From: Phoronis australis
Taxonomy: Eukaryota > Animalia > Phoronida
Reading direction: 5' to 3'
DNA: 64,000 bases
Assembly: GCA_002633005.1 (NCBI GenBank)
Contig: NMRA01000014.1
Span: 796,955-860,954, forward strand
Part shown: one piece after another, positions 59,601 to 64,000 of the stretch
Layout: each line of letters opens with the position of its first letter
Numbering within the stretch: position 1 is the stretch's first letter
Program-made: the position numbers and the translations under genes
The notes under the pieces: model-generated
The model's input: the letters and a program-made list of their open reading frames with translations, nothing else
Told to the model about the DNA's origin: nothing
The model's database searches: none

Positions 59601-62600
59601 GAAGATACCTCCGCACTGACTAGCTTGGATCTGTAGCCCCAGCTGATCCATCTCATCACTCTTCTGAATAGTGATGTTACGAGTCTCCCCTAGCTGGGGT
59701 CTGTGGAATAACACATATGACAGCAATGAAGCAATGTCATGTCAACCATACAGAACATCAACAGTTATCAAGTGTTTGGACAATGTCACGCCAATAACAC
59801 AGTACGTCCAGTCGTTGACGACAACTCTTGTGAAGATAGTCCGACAATAACAACAGGTGTACTTACTTGCGAGGTTTGGTGATAGCTTTAGGTATGGAGT
59901 TGCTGGAACTGTGTTCTGCACCAAATGGAGACAGGCCACCAGTGCAGTCAGACACTAGAATGCAACCAGAACAGGCAATTAAAACACAATCATGGCATAA
60001 ACACAAATGCAACGTGAAAGTACTGAATTCTTCGGCAGTAATTTTTGTATTATTGTTCCAAAACAGTCAAGATAGTAGAGATGGCGGTAAGACACAAGTT
60101 GTTTATGGTAAAAATTCTCCAAATTGGGACAGCTTCAAGAATTTGGGACAAGAGAACTCTCACAATAAATTGAAATTTCTTGGTTTTGGAATTTGGGACA
60201 AGGGTGATTTTGGCAATCACCATATGTCTCAAATTTTGGATAATGTGTTTTCAATCTACAGAGTGGTTAAGTTTGCCATCTTTCCAGCGATTCTTGAATT
60301 TAGGGCAGCCAATATTGTCCATTTTTAGAATATGGGACAAGCACCAACCTTGAGCAAAGAAATTAATTTTTCATTGTCCCAAATCGGAGAATATTTATTG
60401 TAATTACAGTAGGAACCGATAACATTTTGAAAACCAGACAGACAAAATTCCCGTTTGCAAGAGAGCGCACTCATGAATTAAAAAATTGGTGTGATCAGTG
60501 GTCTTACTTTGTCTATAAAATGTTTACCAACTAGTTTTCACTGAACAGATGATTTCTAGGTGGTTGTTCATTTGCGCATCACTTTCACATTACATATAAC
60601 TCTTGCTAGAACTATCTACACAAGTCTATACGCGAGAAGGGAAGTTTTACCGGTCAGCATTTAGACAGTTGACTGAGCAAGAAGACTGTCTACTATTTCC
60701 ACATGTTTGAACCAATTCATTGAAATAGGCATGCACCACTTACAGGACACAAGTACTACATACGCAACTTGTTAAATGCATGAAAAGTATTGAAAAATCT
60801 AAGGTTGATTTGAAGTTATTGTTGTTAATGCCCATTAGGTTTTATAATGTAGAGTACATCAGAGATGGAATCTAAAAAACGTAATTCACTAAAACAGCGT
60901 TATCACACAACATTTTTTAATTTTTAGAAGCCATTGGAAAACCTGTCCAGGTTGTGCTGCACTCATGTCTGGCGTTCGAGCACAAAGGATACCGTAATGA
61001 CTAGGTATGCCTAAGCAACCAAGGGATATGGTAATGATAAAATATTTATAAAGTAATCTAGAGATAGAGATAAACCTGTAAAATGTAATATTCATGTCAA
61101 GAATATATGAATTTGGAATAATCTTTTAAAGTGCAATGCAGAGCACACACTAAATGAACTGCTTCAATCTGCAGTAAACTGCTAACCATGGTTATTTCAC
61201 TACTGTGTGAGAAAAATATTACTCAGCAAACATTGACAACAAGGAACAGTGTGTGGTGGCTTTGTGCAAGACTATGATACTGCAGTACACACAATACCAG
61301 ACAAAAGTAATCAACAGACAAAAGTAATCAACAGACAAAAGTAATCAACAGACAAAAGTAATCAACAGACAAAAGTAATCAACAGATAAAAGTAATCAAC
61401 AGACAAAAGTAATCAACAGACAAAAGTAAATAACAGACAAAAGTAATCAACAGACAAAATGCGCAGTAATAGTGGGTGAAGTAACAACTTGAGAGTGACA
61501 CAGAGAACAGAAAGTGTTCTTTGCAAATTTGACACGTATATTAAGTAAATGGAAACATACATGAACCCCTGTCCACAGAGCTGTAAGACGATTTCATATG
61601 GATTCGATTGTTCTGGTGAAATCCTGGTTTGCAGCTGGGAAAGGTAGCCGTGCCATCAACAATACTACGGTACGACGAGCGGTCATGGGGTTTGAATTGG
61701 TTGTATGGGAACTCCTCACTAGGTGTCGGGGTAGCACGGTCGATAGTAGAAGTGCTCTGAAATATTATTCCACAGTAAAGAATTGCACGGACATTGTAGT
61801 GGGCAAAGCAATACAACTGTACCTGCTTCAAGGGGAACGCAACCATTTTTGATCACATTAGCTTTAATAAGAATACAGATCCCTGGTGTTCATGGAGATA
61901 ATTCTTTCTTGTTAACTACTGTTCTGCTGGTGTGTATTTACTATCCAAGGAACAATAGAATGTGATGTGGATGGCCCAGCCAAAGGTCAGCACCGAGCTA
62001 TCACTATGTCCTACTTGGTTTTGAACACAGTCTGTGTGAGTTGAGTTTGATCAATGGAAATAGATGTCAAGCTGTTTACGTCACCTTTTATTGTTCCAAA
62101 GAAAGTGAAGAGCATTAGCAGGACAGTGATTAAAATGGGGAAACGTCTCCCAAAGATAAACAGAGATGTGTAGTTNNNNNNNNNNNNNNNNNNNNNNNNN
62201 NNNNNNNNNNNNNNNNNNNNNNNNNNNNNNNNNNNNNNNNNNNNNNNNNNNNNNNNNNNNNNNNNNNNNNNNNNNNNNNNNNNNNNNNNNNNNNNNNNNN
62301 NNNNNNNNNNNNNNNNNNNNNNNNNNNNNNNNNNNNNNNNNNNNNNNNNNNNNNNNNNNNNNNNNNNNNNNNNNNNNNNNNNNNNNNNNNNNNNNNNNNN
62401 NNNNNNNNNNNNNNNNNNNNNNNNNNNNNNNNNNNNNNNNNNNNNNNNNNNNNNNNNNNNNNNNNNNNNNNNNNNNNNNNNNNNNNNNNNNNNNNNNNNN
62501 NNNNNNNNNNNNNNNNNNNNNNNNNNNNNNNNNNNNNNNNNNNNNNNNNNNNNNNNNNNNNNNNNNNNNNNNNNNNNNNNNNNNNNNNNNNNNNNNNNNN

Positions 62601-64000
62601 NNNNNNNNNNNNNNNNNNNNNNNNNNNNNNNNNNNGTAATCAACAGACAAAATGCGCAGTAATAGTGGGTGAAGTAACAACTTGAGAGTGACACAGAGAA
62701 CAGAAAGTGTTCTTTGCAAATTTGACACGTATATTAAGTAAATGGAAACATACATGAACCCCTGTCAACAGAGCTGTAAGACGATTTCATATGGATTCGA
62801 TCGTTCTGGTGAAATCCTGGTTTGCAGCTGGGAAAGGTAGCCGTGCCATCAACAATACTACGGTACGACGAGCGGTCATGGGGTTTGAATTGGTTGTATG
62901 GGAACTCCTCACTAGGTGTCGGGGTAGCACGGTCGATAGTAGAAGTGCTCTGAAATATTATTCCACAGTAAAGAACTGCACGGACATTGTAGTGGGCAAA
63001 GAAATACAACTGTATCTGCTTCAAGGGGAACGCAACCATTTTTGATCACATTAGCTTTAATAAGAATACAGATCCCTGGTTTTCATGGAGATAATTCTTC
63101 CTTGTTAACTACTGTTCTGCTGGTGTGTATTTACTATCCAAGGAACAATAGAATGTGATGTGGATGGCCCAGCACCAAGCAATCACTATGTCCTACTTGC
63201 TTTTGAACACAGTCTGTGTGAGTTGAGTTTGATCAATGGAAATAGATGCCAAACTAAGATGTGGGCTTTTTGCTGAGCTGTTTACGTCACCTTTTATTGT
63301 TCCAAAGAAAGCGATGAGCATTAGCAGGACAGTGATTAAAATGGGGAAACGTCTCCCAAAGATAAACAGAGACTAAAATTTAACTAAAATACTAATCTAT
63401 AATTCACTTTGCATTGGTTTAACTTAGATTTCTGCGGGTTGGCCGGTTCTGGTCTGACTGATAACTATAGAATGCAGAACTGTGTGTACTCACATGGAAC
63501 GAAGGACTAGGCGTGGCTGAGTATGGGCGGCTTGCTTTCTTCAGGTGATATGGTGTACAGTCAGTGTCCATCTCAGGAATGGACGGGTTGTGCATCAATG
63601 GTCGGGGTGCAAATGCCGACTGCGCGAGTCCACCATTGGGGCTGTAGTGTTGACTGGTGAGAGGAGCCGGTGACTGGCCACTAGGGGACACAGGCTGACT
63701 GTGAGACTGGTAGCACCGGCTAGAGCCACCCGTGGCCATGTGACCATGCGGAAGGGTGCTGGAATGAAAAACATGGTTACATTAGTTGACACATCCCGAG
63801 TAACAGTCTTCATGAAACAGTTATAAATAATGCATAACTAAGATTGTGGCTGGCATAGCAAAGCAATCCACAACACTTCTACTGAATAAGCACGTACCTG
63901 GAATAATGCGATACAGGAGATCTGACAGAGTACGTATGTTGACTGGGAGCCTGGAAAGGTTTGTTTGGGTCCCGTGGCGACAGGTGCGAGGTAGGCAATG
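50535..64000 (-). CDS. DLG5: DLG5-like MAGUK scaffold gene, 3' part (linker, two PDZ, SH3, GUK); 5' part lies beyond the window
   Basis: Phase-consistent exons encode PDZ (LGLQIQASQCGGIFVSSV), PDZ (LGISLVGGNAVGIFV), SH3 (GDSFYVRAMFDR...ELSFHKDDILYVDNT...WRAW), basic RRSSFFRRRKHQR, GUK (RPVLIIGPL...HPIVLFIKYKSPKQIRE) and C-terminus EQKKMVWAPSGTL*, the DLG5 arrangement. Confidence 0.88.
51349..51458 (-). CDS. DLG5: DLG5-like GUK exon 3
   Basis: TTGCAG| EVKDTFFMKEKVGTKHAKDLFDTYQKVEAEYRHLFS |GTAGGA. Confidence 0.9.
52472..53014. mobile_element. hAT-like MITE
   Basis: Perfect 13-bp TIR CAGGGCTTGGAAT ... ATTCCAAGCCCTG, with multiple subterminal GCGGAAA motifs. Confidence 0.7.
53064..53301 (-). 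CDS. DLG5: DLG5-like GUK exon 2
   Basis: CTGCAG| (D)LTEESLAVVEKKLSEGQIIDYQERE...HPIVLFIKYKSPKQI |GTGAGT. Confidence 0.92.
54490..54591 (-). CDS. DLG5: DLG5-like GUK exon 1
   Basis: TTTCAG| (E)MLSRPVLIIGPLSEALIKKISSESPDKYVLCEP |GTAAGT. Confidence 0.9.
54842..54883 (-). CDS. DLG5: DLG5-like 42-nt exon
   Basis: TTCTAG| (D)GALATYCKVDKLH |GTAAGG; matches the MAGUK Y..V motif before GUK. Confidence 0.8.
55247..55464 (-). CDS. DLG5: DLG5-like HOOK/basic region exon
   Basis: CTTCAG| LEEDSVTIRRSISE...RRSSFFRRRKHQRNNSKDSRDFTSFSDMSINSDSIPVLD |GTAAGT. Confidence 0.9.
56479..56695 (-). CDS. DLG5: DLG5-like SH3 exon
   Basis: TTACAG| (K)YKKIVDQPGDSFYVRAMFDRISDEDGELSFHKDDILYVDNTLYEGKVGVWRAWRLDGDGNKVQSGTVHSKA |GTGAGA. 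Confidence 0.93.
56970..57078 (-). CDS. DLG5: DLG5-like last PDZ exon (C-part)
   Basis: CTTCAG| MNGVDLREATAEQAVIELAKAAETSQTSILAQYNIN |GTGAGT. Confidence 0.9.
57577..57745 (-). CDS. DLG5: DLG5-like last PDZ exon (N-part)
   Basis: TTTCAG| YQNPHKPRFVFLTRSSSNLGISLVGGNAVGIFVNSVQPDSPACGSDGLRCGDRILE |GTCAGT. Confidence 0.9.
58487..58628 (-). CDS. DLG5: DLG5-like inter-PDZ linker exon
   Basis: TTGTAG| (K)YRGLATPSPSVEMSTQSYSSADPSHMDTLSSGSGTPTNSPRKPVST |GTGAGT. Confidence 0.82.
58925..59066 (-). mobile_element. tRNA-derived SINE head
   Basis: Minus strand: A box TGGCTCAGTGG (59045-59055) and B box GGTTCAAATCC (59002-59012); no proper acceptor stem; continues into a non-tRNA body. Confidence 0.7.
59169..59271 (-). 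CDS. DLG5: DLG5-like PDZ exon (C-part)
   Basis: GTCTAG| VCGINMRAADYTAAASVLRQCGGTVTMLVQYNPN |GTAAGT. Confidence 0.9.
59532..59700 (-). CDS. DLG5: DLG5-like PDZ exon (N-part)
   Basis: CCACAG| PQLGETRNITIQKSDEMDQLGLQIQASQCGGIFVSSVVEGSWADAHGLQIGDQLLE |GTGAGT. Confidence 0.9.
59867..59954 (-). CDS. DLG5: DLG5-like exon preceding PDZ
   Basis: TTCTAG| (L)SDCTGGLSPFGAEHSSSNSIPKAITKPR |GTAAGT; phases fit both neighbours. Confidence 0.78.
61298..61458. repeat. 17-bp minisatellite (CAGACAAAAGTAATCAA)
   Basis: About 9 near-perfect units; resumes after the gap at 62636. Confidence 0.93.
61561..61756 (-). CDS. DLG5: DLG5-like linker exon, copy B (near-identical duplicate, probably the other haplotype)
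   Basis: Same 196-nt exon and splice sites as 62754-62949, with one D/N difference; separated from copy A by an N gap. Confidence 0.6.
62176..62635. other. Assembly gap
   Basis: Run of N. Confidence 0.99.
62754..62949 (-). CDS. DLG5: DLG5-like linker exon, copy A (196 nt)
   Basis: TTTCAG| STSTIDRATPTPSEEFPYNQFKPHDRSSYRSIVDGTATFPSCKPGFHQNDRIHMKSSYSSVDRGS |GTATGT. Confidence 0.7.
63494..63758 (-). CDS. DLG5: DLG5-like exon (Ser/Pro-rich linker)
   Basis: TTCCAG| TLPHGHMATGGSS...RPYSATPSPSFH |GTGAGT. Confidence 0.75.
63898..64000 (-). CDS. DLG5: DLG5-like exon (partial, runs off the window edge)
   Basis: ..LPTSHLSPRDPNKPFQAPSQHTYSVRSPVSHYS |GTACGT, phase 2 matching the next exon. Confidence 0.7.

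Noticed and set aside
62011-62755. Long ORFs of 157-227 aa in the ORF track
   Set aside because: They consist mostly of X from the N gap.

Overview
Eukaryotic (animal, probably marine invertebrate) genomic DNA with small exons, GT-AG introns and repeat-rich introns. Three genes are supported. (1) A complete minus-strand diacylglycerol kinase theta (DGKQ-like) gene: 22 coding exons from ATG 40319 to TAA 3218, all phases consistent, 943 aa (3xC1, RA, RRM-like, catalytic and accessory domains). (2) An intronless plus-strand 344-aa ORF (44977-46011) encoding an unrecognised protein with five ~43-aa repeats. (3) The 3' part of a minus-strand DLG5-like MAGUK gene (PDZ-PDZ-SH3-GUK), entering at the right edge and ending at 50535. 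Introns hold MITEs, a tRNA-derived SINE, a LINE fragment, many minisatellites and two inverted pairs of Penelope-like elements. One pair is bounded by a 13-bp direct repeat and carries an intact-core hammerhead ribozyme motif in the DGKQ sense orientation. Other notable points are tandem repeats seeded on splice junctions (four cases) and an in-frame exon 2+3 module whose skipping would remove exactly one C1 domain. Three local duplications beside N characters are probably assembly artefacts. All calls are manual; no database searches were run.
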